Below are positions 1 through 10,125 of a DNA stretch of 64,000 bases, one piece after another (the stretch's first letter is position 1; each line of letters starts with the position of its first letter). The translations under genes and the position numbers were made by a program. The notes beneath the pieces were generated by a model. That model was not told the DNA's origin, ran no database searches, and saw nothing but the letters and a program-made list of their open reading frames with translations. The DNA is taken from assembly GCA_000002435.2 (NCBI GenBank), contig CM018790.1; one strand, given 5' to 3'. This stretch comes from Giardia intestinalis (Eukaryota).

Positions 1-402
1 GTACTCCTGCCAGGATCCCAAGCAAACCTCAAGACAGTGGACCCCAACGACCTCTCTAAGGGGGTGTTTTTTGATGTGAAACTGGGTACAACCAGCACCA
101 CGATCTCCTGCCTGTCTGGCGGACAGAGGAGTCTCCTTGCGCTAAGCCTGATATTCTCCCTGCTCTTGTACAAGCCCTGCCCACTGTACATTCTAGATGA
201 AATAGACGCTGCACTGGACCTCAACCATACGCATAACATAGGCGTCCTTATTAAGAGGAGCTTCCCACAGAGCCAGTTTGTCATTGTGTCTCTTAAGGAC
301 GGACTCTTCTCTAATGCTAACGTGCTTTTGAAGACAAAGTTTGTTGGAGGGTCGAGCGCTATCGACAGATATGTGCGAAATAATGAGAGCACTAGCACCT
401 AA
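1..402 (+). CDS. SMC2: SMC2-type condensin subunit, C-terminal fragment (5' end lies outside the window); the reading frame is open from base 1
   Basis: ABC signature and D-loop: LSGGQRSLLALSLIFSLLLYKPCPLYILDEIDAALD...QFVIVSLKDGLFSNANVLLKTKF. This matches the SMC2/SMC4 C-terminal head (LSGGQRSL[VL]ALSLI...ILDEVDAALD...FIVVSLKEGMF). The ORF-track 'M' at 37 is a GTG and lies inside the gene. Stop TAA at 400-402. Confidence 0.7.
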   Translation, partial: VLLPGSQANLKTVDPNDLSKGVFFDVKLGTTSTTISCLSGGQRSLLALSLIFSLLLYKPCPLYILDEIDAALDLNHTHNIGVLIKRSFPQSQFVIVSLKDGLFSNANVLLKTKFVGGSSAIDRYVRNNESTST

Positions 403-1124
403 TTATACACCTGCTCGGCAAAGTATTTGGCCAGCTTTCTAGACGTTTCTTGTTGCGAGCGAAGCACTGCGTCTCGTGAGTCTTGTAGCCCTTGTAAACC
501 GTCTGCAAAATGCTTCGCGGTCTGCACCTCGTCTGAAATGATCGGTGCACGCCTGCCTATGGTTGTCGGAAGGTACCTACGGTGCACTCCATCAACAAGC
601 TCCTTCGTGCACTCCATGCGTATCTTCTCTTCTTCTGCCAGGAGGTATCTAAGATTGAGCATTCTCTTTTCTTCTATCTCGACTATTTCTGGCAATTGGG
701 CCTTGTAGGGAGTGTATTTATTGCACGTGTCCAGCAGGTGCTTGTTTGCATCTATGAGAGCGGCAGTTTCTTGCTGGATGCGTATCCGTGCATTCTGAAG
801 AAGCTCCTCTGGAGTTAACGGCGCCAGCTTATCTATTTTGAAATATGCATGACCTTCCGGTTGCTGACTGTGCTGTGGAGCCTGTTTCCCCACCTGCTTG
901 CGTATGTAAAGGGAGGGTGTAAACTGCGCAGTGTCTTTGGAACTATGCACATTGCCCTCTGCACTTGTAGGAGGATCTACGGTCCCTATTCTAAGGCCCT
1001 GAATTGGCTCCTCACGAGGCATCCGTGGGCGTAACGCAACCCCAAGAGAGTACGATCTGGTGGACAGCCCCACTGGAGCTCCTTGACTCCCTTGAGCCTC
1101 CTTGGTCGCCCGTTCAACTTGCAT
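399..1124 (-). CDS. hypothetical protein (241 aa), partly coiled-coil; convergent with SMC2, overlapping it by 4 bp at the 3' ends
   Basis: Clean 241-aa ORF starting with a true ATG (complement of cat at 1122-1124). No recognisable domain. Confidence 0.4.
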   Translation of the reverse strand: MQVERATKEAQGSQGAPVGLSTRSYSLGVALRPRMPREEPIQGLRIGTVDPPTSAEGNVHSSKDTAQFTPSLYIRKQVGKQAPQHSQQPEGHAYFKIDKLAPLTPEELLQNARIRIQQETAALIDANKHLLDTCNKYTPYKAQLPEIVEIEEKRMLNLRYLLAEEEKIRMECTKELVDGVHRRYLPTTIGRRAPIISDEVQTAKHFADGLQGLQDSRDAVLRSQQETSRKLAKYFAEQVYN

Positions 1125-1146
1125 TTTGGTAGAATTATTTACACGA

Positions 1147-2160
1147 CTACAACTCGAGAGTCATCGGCCTGTGCTGCTCGCTTCCCTGGTAGTCATCCAT
1201 CGAAAGCAGCGGGACGGTAACCGGTTCCCAAAGGAGTTTAATCGCATCACCATAGACGCCCTTGAGCTCGGTCGCGCATCGCTCGTCAAACGCTTGCCCA
1301 TACACCTTTTTATAGTAGTACTTACACCCTTTGCACTCGCGGAAGTGCATGGCGGTGATTCTATTGAGCCTATTGGAGTCGCTTCCGGAGCCTGCAAAGG
1401 CCACGTTCATAGAGAATGCTGCCGCACAGCACGGATCGTATAGGAAGTCGTGAGCTAGCTTGAAGGCGTACTCGTCCAAGCCTTGAAACTCATCCTCCAC
1501 ACCTGCTCTGAGGCTGTCGCCGTTGTACTTTGCTGAGTACATCTTATGCAACTGTCTGAAGTCTGCACGTGTGTATGTTGCGAAGATTCTGATCCAGGTG
1601 CTGACCTCGTCTTTCTTTACCCCCTTTGTCTCGATCGCCTTTCTAACAAGGACCAGATCCTCCTCGAGCTCGTGTGTATCGCGGGGGATGCGGTCGCCTG
1701 TCGCAACAGCATTGATGAGCTTCGCCCACATATACTTGTCCCCGCAGTCCTTACGGACCACATCGCCCAGGGAATCATTGTAGAGCTGATAATAGAGCTG
1801 CCTTATTTCGCGGACCTCGTGGGTCTCTATCGTCAGAAGGACGTCTACGAGGCACTTCTCATCTGTTCCTGCACCCTTGGTGGCCCCCCTGATTAGCTCG
1901 CAGAGTAACTGGGCCCGGGGCTTGTAGAGCATTAGCACGAGGCTTTCAAAGTCCTTTGACAGATGCTTTTTCAAGAAGGCGTCGAGGAACGTCCCGGTGA
2001 TGGCCTGGAACGTTCGCTGCATATTCCTCAGCTGGTTCGGAGGGTAGCTTCTCGCGATCTCTATCAGATCCAGCCGCTTGCTCTCGTCCTGACATGCCTC
2101 CACAACCTTCTGCACAACCGCTGTGACGCCTGTGGACATCTGGTAATTTTTATTTGCCAT
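1147..2160 (-). CDS. alpha-giardin (annexin-like protein), 337 aa
   Basis: Annexin repeat signature KGAGTDEKCLVDVLLTIETHEVREIRQLYYQLYNDSLGDVV, plus further four-helix repeat units. The ORF-track start at 2217 is a TTG. The real start is the ATG at 2158-2160 (MANKNYQMSTGV...), preceded by an A-rich stretch. Confidence 0.75.
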   Translation of the reverse strand: MANKNYQMSTGVTAVVQKVVEACQDESKRLDLIEIARSYPPNQLRNMQRTFQAITGTFLDAFLKKHLSKDFESLVLMLYKPRAQLLCELIRGATKGAGTDEKCLVDVLLTIETHEVREIRQLYYQLYNDSLGDVVRKDCGDKYMWAKLINAVATGDRIPRDTHELEEDLVLVRKAIETKGVKKDEVSTWIRIFATYTRADFRQLHKMYSAKYNGDSLRAGVEDEFQGLDEYAFKLAHDFLYDPCCAAAFSMNVAFAGSGSDSNRLNRITAMHFRECKGCKYYYKKVYGQAFDERCATELKGVYGDAIKLLWEPVTVPLLSMDDYQGSEQHRPMTLEL

Positions 2161-2337
2161 TTTACTCTGAAATGTCACAAAAACTTCTGTAACGAAAGGG
2201 CTGCTGATTACACACAACCAATGGGCTAGCGAAAACCCTGGTGCCCCCTATGGTCTGGAGCAAGGCCCAAACGGGTAACTTAATTTAAAGCTTAAACGCC
2301 TGTGGTCAAGACATTTCAGAGGCCACAAAATTAAAAT

Positions 2338-5300
2338 ATGACGACCGCCCTGTCCTCTCAGGAGCAGCTGTGCATCGACGGCGCGACTGCGACGTCCATG
2401 ATGGTGTACAGGCTGATCGACTTCACGGCCATCTTCCCCATCACCCCGTCCTCTGTCATGGCCGAGATGATCGAGCAGTACGCCGCGCAAGGCAAGAAGA
2501 ACATCTTCGGAAACGTCGTCACTGTCCGCCAGGCCTGGTCGGAGCTTGGAGCCATTGGCACGTGTCACGGAGCAGCGACCGCAGGCGCCCTCACGGCGAC
2601 CTTCAGCTCGTCGCAGGGGGTCCTCCTCATGATCTCTAACCTCTACCACATGGCTGGCGAGCGCATCCCCTTCGTCCTGCACGTCGCCACGCGCACCGTC
2701 GGGATGGCAGCCACCTCTCTCGCTACAGATCATACGGACGTCTACGCAATCGAAGGCACGAACATGTGCGCCCTGTCCAGCTGCAACGTCCAGGAGTGCT
2801 ACGACATGTCTCTGGTTGCCCACACGACTGCTACGAATGTCCAGGCCGCCTTCTGCCATTTCTTCGAGGGATATCGTGTCTCCCACCAGTTCGAGACGAT
2901 CCAGGTCTTCAAGGACGACGCAGACATCAAGGACTTCCTCAGCGAGGACCAGCTTGCCAAGTGGAGGAGCGAGAACGCCATGGACACTGATCGCCCGATC
3001 GCCTCGAACATCGGTCTCGGAGGCGAGATCCACATGCAGATAGTTGAGTCCCAGGGTGCTGTCTTCGACTCTATCCCGTACCGTATCGAGGAGGCCTTCG
3101 ACCTGCTCCACCGGAAGACTGGCCGCCGTTACCACTGCTTCGAGTACTTCGGCCACCCGACCCCCGATGTTGTTGTCGTCGTCATGGGCGCAACCAGCCT
3201 CACTTTTGAAAACGTCGTCGACGCGCTTGTTAACCGCGAGAACCGCCGCGTTGGCTTTGTCAGAGTCCGCCTCTTCAGGCCGTTCAGCATCGAGCTCTTC
3301 AGCAACGCTATTCCCAAGTCTGCGAAAGTTGTTGTGGCCCTCGATCGCGCACCAGAGCTCCTGAACGCCGGCGGTACGCTCTACCGCGAGACTCTTGCCG
3401 CTCTCATGAAGACTGGCCGCCTTGGCGCGGGCAAGAACTCTGTCCGCCTCGTTGCTGGCGGCCGCTACTCGTACTACGGATGGGAGCTCGGGCCCGCAGA
3501 CGTGGTCACTCTCTATGAGACGTTCGACGTCAGCACGCGCCACGTCGAGAAGATGCCGACGGACTTCGTGCTCAGCATCAAGGACGATATCCGCAAGCGC
3601 TCTCTCCGCCCGGCGCTCCCGGAGCACGTCCCGAAGAGCCTCCTTCCAGAGGGCACCACGGAGTGCATCCTCTGGGGTCTCGGCTCAGACGGCACCATTG
3701 GTGCCTGCCGCAACGCCATGAAGATCCTCTCCGACCGCGTGGGGTGCGAATGCCAAGCCAACTTCGAGTTCGACGGCAAGAAGTCCGGCGGCACCACCGT
3801 CTCACACCTTCGCTTCGGGCCAAAGAAGATCAGGGCCCAGTACAACATCGAGGAGGCCGGGTATGTTGCCTGCCACGCGCAGAGCTACGTGAGCAAGTTC
3901 AACGTCCTCCACGGCATCAAGGAGGATGGGTTCTTTGTCCTGAACACGGAGCATGATACGGTCGAGACTCTCGAGAAGTATCTGCCTGCCGAGATGAAGA
4001 GGGAGATTGCCCGCAAGAACATCCGAGTCTATGCCGTCAACGCAAATAAGGTCGCGCAGTCGGTCGGCCTTGGCGGACGCATAAACACGATCATGATCCT
4101 CTTCTTCCTCAAGCTCGGGCTCAGCAAGCTTCTTGACTTCGATGTCGCCTGCGAGGACATGAAGGCTGCCGCGAGGATTACCTACGCTAAGCAGAAGGCA
4201 GAGGTCATCGAGGCGAACGTGAAGGCCATTGACGTTGCTCGCTCCATTATAGAGCAGTGCCACATAGAGTACGATAAGGCGCGCTGGGTCAACGCTGACC
4301 CGAGCGAGTCGACTGCAAACCAAACCTACGGCCCAGAGCCTGACAAGTATGTCAAGGACATCATCTTGCCTGCCGTCACGAGGAAGTTCGCCAACATCGG
4401 CACCAAGGATGTGATGAAGTACAACTCTGGGAAGATTCCAGGCGGCTACTCCAAGTATGAGAAGCTCGGCTCTGCCGCCAAGGTTCCCATGTGGAAGAAG
4501 GAGAACTGCATCCAGTGCGGTTTCTGCTCTGTCCAGTGCCCGCACGCCGCCGTCCGCTGCTTCGTCATGAATGAGGACGCAAAGCCTGACAACGTCCCCG
4601 AGGACTTCGAGATGCTCGACATGAAGGGCAAGCTCGCTGCCGTTAACAGCGATTCCTCGAAGATCAAGTTCCGCGTCCAGGTTTCGCCGCTCGACTGCAG
4701 GGGATGCGGAGTCTGTGTAGAGGCCTGTCCCAAGGATGCCCTTGCCATGACCCCCATCGACACTGTCCTCGACAAGCAGCAGAAGCTCTTCGACTGGGCC
4801 TACGATTCTCTTCAGTTCACCCAGGGCACCACAAACATCGACACGGAGAGCTGCAACCTCCGCGACCTGCAGCTCCGCTTCCCGTACATGGAGTTCCCTG
4901 GCTCCTGCCCCGGCTGCGGTGAGAGTAACACGATGAAGATGCTGGCGACCCTCTATGGAGATTCGATGGTCGCCTCCATCGGCGTCGGGTGCTCGCTTGT
5001 CTGGATGCATTTCGGCTACATGCGTCCGTTCAACCTTGACAGCGACTCCCGCGGTATTGCCGCCTGCTCGTCGCTCTTTGAGGACAACTCTGTTTTCGGC
5101 TGGGGTGTCGCTCTTGATCGCGATGCCAAGCGTGCAAACCTTCGCGAGTACCTTCAAGCCAACGTCGAGAAGATCACTGACGAGTCCCTGAAGACTACCG
5201 TCCAGGGCTGGCTCGACGCGTTCGACGACCGCAAGGCCTCCATCCGCACGTCTCGTGAGCTCCGCAGCACGGTCGGCATCGAAAGGCTCGACAAGGGCGA

Positions 5301-6099
5301 CTACAAGAACAACCCTGAGTATATCATTCCGACTGTGGACAATCTTGCTTCCAAGTTCCAGCAGTCCGGCGTCGATCTGGATGTTGCGAAGCACATCCTC
5401 CTCAACAACAACTACCTTATCAAGGCCTCCCATTGGCTTGTGGGCGGTGACGGCTGGGCCTACGACATTGACTTTGCTGGCTTCGACCACATCGTCGCCT
5501 CTCGCGATCGCGTGCGTGTGCTCGTTCTCGTCAACCACTGCTTCGGTAACACGGGTGGCCAGAAGTCGAAGGCCACGTCGATCGGCAGCGTCATGAAGAA
5601 CGCGTACTCCGGCGTCAACGTCAAGGACAAGAAGATGGGCGTCATGCTCATGAGCACATACCGCGACGTCTACGTGGCACAGATCTCCCTCGGCTACAAC
5701 CGTAACCAGGCCCTCCAGGTCTTCAGGGAGGCAGAGCACTTTGACGGCCCCGCAGTTGTTCTCGCCTACTGCCCGTGCATCTCGCACATGGTCCAGGGCG
5801 GTCTCACTCACCAGGAGAGGCAGCAGAAGCTCGCCGTCGAGACGGGTGTCTGGCCTGTCTTCCGCTACAACCCGTCCAAGCCCATCGGTGACCGCATGAA
5901 GCTGGAGTACAAGGGGCCAATCAAGCCCGTCAAGGACTTCATGAACACGGAGCAGAGGTTCGGCGCCCTTGCAAAGAGGGACCCTGCCAGGTTCGAGGAG
6001 ATGGCTGCGGCTCTCCAGTCCGACGTTGAGGAGCACTGGAAGGTTCTTCAGGGGCTCAAGGCCATCGACGTGCCCACGGACCCGATTGTTTTCGGGTAA
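2338..6099 (+). CDS. PFOR: pyruvate:ferredoxin oxidoreductase (PFOR), 1253 aa
   Basis: Full-length PFOR architecture. Two 4Fe-4S ferredoxin motifs (CIQCGFCSVQCPHAA and CRGCGVCVEACP) and a TPP-binding GDG motif (GGDGWAYDIDFAG). The ATG follows an AAAATTAAAAT initiator. An AGTGAA polyadenylation signal lies 4 nt after the TAA stop. Confidence 0.95.
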   Translation: MTTALSSQEQLCIDGATATSMMVYRLIDFTAIFPITPSSVMAEMIEQYAAQGKKNIFGNVVTVRQAWSELGAIGTCHGAATAGALTATFSSSQGVLLMISNLYHMAGERIPFVLHVATRTVGMAATSLATDHTDVYAIEGTNMCALSSCNVQECYDMSLVAHTTATNVQAAFCHFFEGYRVSHQFETIQVFKDDADIKDFLSEDQLAKWRSENAMDTDRPIASNIGLGGEIHMQIVESQGAVFDSIPYRIEEAFDLLHRKTGRRYHCFEYFGHPTPDVVVVVMGATSLTFENVVDALVNRENRRVGFVRVRLFRPFSIELFSNAIPKSAKVVVALDRAPELLNAGGTLYRETLAALMKTGRLGAGKNSVRLVAGGRYSYYGWELGPADVVTLYETFDVSTRHVEKMPTDFVLSIKDDIRKRSLRPALPEHVPKSLLPEGTTECILWGLGSDGTIGACRNAMKILSDRVGCECQANFEFDGKKSGGTTVSHLRFGPKKIRAQYNIEEAGYVACHAQSYVSKFNVLHGIKEDGFFVLNTEHDTVETLEKYLPAEMKREIARKNIRVYAVNANKVAQSVGLGGRINTIMILFFLKLGLSKLLDFDVACEDMKAAARITYAKQKAEVIEANVKAIDVARSIIEQCHIEYDKARWVNADPSESTANQTYGPEPDKYVKDIILPAVTRKFANIGTKDVMKYNSGKIPGGYSKYEKLGSAAKVPMWKKENCIQCGFCSVQCPHAAVRCFVMNEDAKPDNVPEDFEMLDMKGKLAAVNSDSSKIKFRVQVSPLDCRGCGVCVEACPKDALAMTPIDTVLDKQQKLFDWAYDSLQFTQGTTNIDTESCNLRDLQLRFPYMEFPGSCPGCGESNTMKMLATLYGDSMVASIGVGCSLVWMHFGYMRPFNLDSDSRGIAACSSLFEDNSVFGWGVALDRDAKRANLREYLQANVEKITDESLKTTVQGWLDAFDDRKASIRTSRELRSTVGIERLDKGDYKNNPEYIIPTVDNLASKFQQSGVDLDVAKHILLNNNYLIKASHWLVGGDGWAYDIDFAGFDHIVASRDRVRVLVLVNHCFGNTGGQKSKATSIGSVMKNAYSGVNVKDKKMGVMLMSTYRDVYVAQISLGYNRNQALQVFREAEHFDGPAVVLAYCPCISHMVQGGLTHQERQQKLAVETGVWPVFRYNPSKPIGDRMKLEYKGPIKPVKDFMNTEQRFGALAKRDPARFEEMAAALQSDVEEHWKVLQGLKAIDVPTDPIVFG

Positions 6100-6492
6100 A
6101 AAAGTGAATCATCTCGCGATGCTTTTTCGGGGGGTCTTGTACGTCTCTTACGGTATCCACCTTGCTCTCCACGCTCTTCTGTTGCTGCTCCTCGTGGCCC
6201 AGCTCCTTCTTGTCTTCCACTTTGGATACATCGAGAATCCTGTATTTCGGATCGTCGAGCCCCACCCACAAATGCAAGCCGCGTTGGTCAGCTACGGGGT
6301 CGTGGGGTCGTTAGTCGTTGTCATATTCACCGTTGGAAGGCTCATCCACGAGGCGCGGAGCATTTTGGTCCCTGTGTGTCGGGTACTGTATCTTCTATTA
6401 TACGTGGCCGTGGTCCCGCTTGTGTTGTTGCGCCGCTTCCACTTCCTTAAGAAGCGCATAAGGTAAAGCGACACAAAGTCTTGCACAGCTGT

Positions 6493-7809
6493 TTACAATA
6501 GCTTGGAAACTAAAGAGGTCTTGAGGGACCGTCGCAGACCGATGTACGAAAGGCACAGGCTTACCAGGCATGCGAGGAATATGGCTGCTGAGCTCGCAAA
6601 GAGGATATAGAAAGGACTGAGGCTTTCTGGCACATAGAATGGGCCGGCACTCTTTGGGTCGCTATCACACAGCCACGGGTTCAGTAGATTCATTCCCAGA
6701 AATCCGCTGGGAAGAGCTGCCAGCTTAATCGACACAGATATGAATGCAATCCAAACTTTATATGAAAGGATTCTGTTCTGGCGTCTGTCTAGGCGCAACT
6801 GGATGATGAGCATGCGCATATTGAAGCCAGAGAGCATTCGAATCACTTCTATGTGTAGCATTTCACTTTCTAATATGTATATCTCAAGGATCTTCTCTAT
6901 CCTCTCCACGGAGACAGGCAGGTTCTCAAGTACATCATCGTCAATGTCGTCAAATGTCGCTTTCTTAATTATGTGTATGTCTGCCTGATTATTAATGTTT
7001 GCCTGGGACCCCGGCCTCAGAAGGGTGGATGATGAATAAGACATGTTACCCAGGTGCAGTCCCGTGGGCGTGGAATTGGTGCGGACGTGCAGCTGTAAAT
7101 TTGACATTTGTGACTGTCCCTGGGTGTTGGCACGGATGAAGTCCTGGTTTTTCAGGGAGATACGAGAGACCTGATCGTCGTGGGCTAAGTTGATCAACAT
7201 CGTTTTGTATCTGTCCAGACATAACTTGATTTGATAGCAAGGGTCGAAGAGAGTCTTATACCCTGTTGAGTCTGCCAGAAGCATGCGGGACGCGTCCCTG
7301 GTGAGGCGACGAAATGCGTCCTTGACCTCATTCAAGGTGTACTGGAGCAGAAAGCCCAAGCAATCTAACTCCCACTCGTCATAGTTGCGCATGGCCGCTG
7401 CCAGCTGGCTCACAAAGTTAGAGATTCGCGCCTGGCCCTCGTGCGGCATGGAGTCCTTTGGAGGAATACCGACATAGCAGTCACTCCGAGTGATGACCAT
7501 AGGGATCTGCTCGAGGATGATCAGGCTGAAGCCACTGTTAATGAGGAAGAACGTCTCCCGGGTCACAAGCGAGTATATCTCGCGAGTGGTCAAAAGTGCC
7601 CGCAGAGACTCCTGCTTCGGAAGCTTAGAGTCTCCAGTATGGCGAAAAATGAGCACGTCCCCCAGCTTGACGTCTGTCGTGACTGTCCCATCTGCCTGGA
7701 TGCAGTAAAATAGGAGCTCATCCGCCCAGGCCCCCTCTGCCATCCTCTCTGCTTTTTGCCGGGAGGCCGGCGTTGATGAGGAAGAATTTACTTGCTGACA
7801 TAGACGCAT
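6493..7809 (-). CDS. Mrs2/CorA-family Mg2+ transporter-like membrane protein
   Basis: C-terminal GMN signature (LPSGFLGMNLLNPW) followed by a second transmembrane helix and a basic tail, preceded by long helical regions. True ATG start. Confidence 0.55.
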   Translation of the reverse strand: MRLCQQVNSSSSTPASRQKAERMAEGAWADELLFYCIQADGTVTTDVKLGDVLIFRHTGDSKLPKQESLRALLTTREIYSLVTRETFFLINSGFSLIILEQIPMVITRSDCYVGIPPKDSMPHEGQARISNFVSQLAAAMRNYDEWELDCLGFLLQYTLNEVKDAFRRLTRDASRMLLADSTGYKTLFDPCYQIKLCLDRYKTMLINLAHDDQVSRISLKNQDFIRANTQGQSQMSNLQLHVRTNSTPTGLHLGNMSYSSSTLLRPGSQANINNQADIHIIKKATFDDIDDDVLENLPVSVERIEKILEIYILESEMLHIEVIRMLSGFNMRMLIIQLRLDRRQNRILSYKVWIAFISVSIKLAALPSGFLGMNLLNPWLCDSDPKSAGPFYVPESLSPFYILFASSAAIFLACLVSLCLSYIGLRRSLKTSLVSKLL

Positions 7810-7810
7810 T

Positions 7811-8893
7811 CTAGATCCACTTGTTTATCTCCCTTAACAACAGCACAAGCACAGACACGTTGTCCTGTGTACCGCTTCGGATTGCTAAATTCTTGAGCTC
7901 GAAAGCTGCCTTTTGAGGCGATCCCGTCTCCTTGAGACACTTTCGAACAGTGTCAACACTTTGCTGATCGGTGACCACGTCCCACACACCGTCACATGCC
8001 ATTATTATAAACTCGTCTAGCTCATTCGTGGAGCTGGCCGTCACACCGACAGAGTCTGGTGTGGGGTATCTGGGATACGAGCGGAGAAACGGGTCACACG
8101 TAACCAAGTTTTTTATGCAATGGTCTCCCAACGCGCGCGAGACGGAGATGAAGCCGTTGACGCGGCCAAAGATGACAGTCCCTCCCAGGGACTTGATGCG
8201 GTCAATCTCCAGCTTGTCGCTTGCTTTATGGTCTTCTGTGCATCTGTATGCTGTGCCGTTTATCGAAATAACTGCCCGCGAATCGCCAACTGACGCAAAC
8301 TCTATCGTGTACTTCGTGACTAGGGCAATGAGAGCAGTACAACCGACATATAGGACGTTCTTCTGCCTTAGCACATCATCCGTCCGTTGAATAGCCTTCC
8401 TGATGATTGCACCAAGTTTGCTGGGCTCATTGGGGGGAACCGGGACGCGCACCTTGGCCGACGGGGATATCTTGTCCTTGGAAAATGTTCCGGTACGAAC
8501 TCCCGAGGACATGGTGGCGTTGGTCAACTGAGAATCTTTTGGAACTCCAGACGGATTTCCACTTAAATTGTGGCCATCGGATGAGAGCTTAGAGCCGGCC
8601 TGGGAACACGTTGGCTGACTCATCGACTGATTTGCTAAAGGATCGGCTTCTAAAAGATGCTCAAGCTTCTGATTTAGAAGGTCTTCCAGTAGATAACGGT
8701 GCAAATTGTCCCCTGCTATGCGGGCTGCTTCCTGTCCCCCGTGTCCATCATAGATGGCAAAAAAACCAGTGGAGTGAGAGTTGCCTAGTTTGTCTATCAT
8801 GACGCACACGTCTTCCATCTGTTTGCGGAAGCGTGGGTTCGGGTCCTCTGCATGGCCTATTCCAACTACGCTGGTTAAACGGAGGGTTGCCAT
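7811..8893 (-). CDS. protein phosphatase 2C (PPM family)
   Basis: PP2C motifs: FFAIYDGHGG, VGDSRAV, ACDGVWDV, GTQDNVSV. ATG start. The stop is 1 nt away from the downstream Mrs2 ATG. Confidence 0.85.
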   Translation of the reverse strand: MATLRLTSVVGIGHAEDPNPRFRKQMEDVCVMIDKLGNSHSTGFFAIYDGHGGQEAARIAGDNLHRYLLEDLLNQKLEHLLEADPLANQSMSQPTCSQAGSKLSSDGHNLSGNPSGVPKDSQLTNATMSSGVRTGTFSKDKISPSAKVRVPVPPNEPSKLGAIIRKAIQRTDDVLRQKNVLYVGCTALIALVTKYTIEFASVGDSRAVISINGTAYRCTEDHKASDKLEIDRIKSLGGTVIFGRVNGFISVSRALGDHCIKNLVTCDPFLRSYPRYPTPDSVGVTASSTNELDEFIIMACDGVWDVVTDQQSVDTVRKCLKETGSPQKAAFELKNLAIRSGTQDNVSVLVLLLREINKWI

Positions 8894-8924
8894 TGTCTTT
8901 TATCAAGCAATTTTTTGAATTTTA

Positions 8925-9965
8925 CTACCCGGATATCAGCTCCCAGCCACAGGACTCCTGGTCACAGGCGGGGCATACACCGGCATTGGTGTCATAACAA
9001 TGCCGACAGCAATCCACGCAAATACAAATGTGATTGCATGGGGTGGATGCTATCACAGCCGCCTTGCCTTTGCACAGCGCACACACTTGAGGGTCTAGAC
9101 CTGCAGATTTGACGCGATTCTCACCGATGGTCTGGAGAGACGCACCTTCGGTGAACACTTTAAAGACGAAGTCTTCTTTCATCTTCTGACACGTAGCGAA
9201 GAGAGCCGGCGTTACGCGGCACTCTGCACTTGCTAGGGCATATATGGAATCATAGCTTTTGTTCTCGATGGCATAAGACAGCGCGCACTTCCCCTCTCTG
9301 TCCGTCGCCCCCACTTCTGATGGAGTCTCCAATAGCAACTTGATACCCTCAAGATTGCAATTCATGGCAGCATATATTAGGGCTGTTCGCCCATAGACAT
9401 CCTGCACCCCTGCTTCCTTGTGACGAAGGACACGCATACAGTTGTTGCCAATGGGGCTATTGCAGAGGGCCGCATGGATCAATGCGGTCCGTCCCCACGT
9501 GTCCTTTTGGCGCACATGCTTGTCCATTAGTTTTTCCACTGAGTAGACATCCCCTGCTCTCGCAGCACACATTAACGGAGTTAATTTGAGGTTCTTCTTG
9601 GTGTACCCGTCTATAGTAGCTACTGCAGAATAGCTTCCGCGTGCTATGGCATAGTCTGACGCCGTCATCCCTGCAAAGTCTTGCATTGCTGCCTCTGCCT
9701 GTACCAATGGCAAAGGCGGAACACGCAAGGCGAGGACAGAAAGGATCAAAGCAGTCTGTCCCTTTTCTTTCTCCTGCATTCCTGCCTCGTTCATGAGCAA
9801 AGGTATGCAGTTATCGTTCCCATGCTCCGCAGCATACATAAGAGCCGTCTTACCGCTGGCATCAACCGCTCTGAGGTGATCAAGATGTTGCCTCAGCATC
9901 TCAAGATCGCCATCTATGGCTGCCTGCATAAGAGGCGTTACGGGGTGGCCTGGGTGGATCTGCAT
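8925..9965 (-). CDS. ankyrin-repeat protein with a C-terminal C3HC4 RING finger (protein 21.1-like)
   Basis: Repeated G(K/R)TAL(M/I)YAA ankyrin units. The C-terminus reads CALCKGKAAVIASTPCNHICICVDCCRHCYDTNAGVCPAC, a RING-type Cys/His spacing. Confidence 0.7.
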   Translation of the reverse strand: MQIHPGHPVTPLMQAAIDGDLEMLRQHLDHLRAVDASGKTALMYAAEHGNDNCIPLLMNEAGMQEKEKGQTALILSVLALRVPPLPLVQAEAAMQDFAGMTASDYAIARGSYSAVATIDGYTKKNLKLTPLMCAARAGDVYSVEKLMDKHVRQKDTWGRTALIHAALCNSPIGNNCMRVLRHKEAGVQDVYGRTALIYAAMNCNLEGIKLLLETPSEVGATDREGKCALSYAIENKSYDSIYALASAECRVTPALFATCQKMKEDFVFKVFTEGASLQTIGENRVKSAGLDPQVCALCKGKAAVIASTPCNHICICVDCCRHCYDTNAGVCPACDQESCGWELISG

Positions 9966-10125
9966 TTAACTTCTTTTTGCTAGACGATTCCTCCCGGATT
10001 TAAACTACGCAATCCATCGGGGTCGATTGCAGCATAATTTGATAGCAGATGCCTGTGCACAGTGGGTACAACATGTTCTCCCTTGTTCTTTGCGGGTAAG
10101 TGTCGCCTTAAAAATTAGAAGATAA

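Noticed and set aside
2248-6036. Very long antisense ORFs (459 aa at 2248..3627 and 744 aa at 3802..6036) on the strand opposite PFOR
   Set aside because: They lie entirely inside a highly conserved, GC-rich sense gene. Their translations are low-complexity (R/L/V/G/D/A-rich). Long stop-free antisense frames are a known by-product of GC-rich codon usage. No independent initiator was found.
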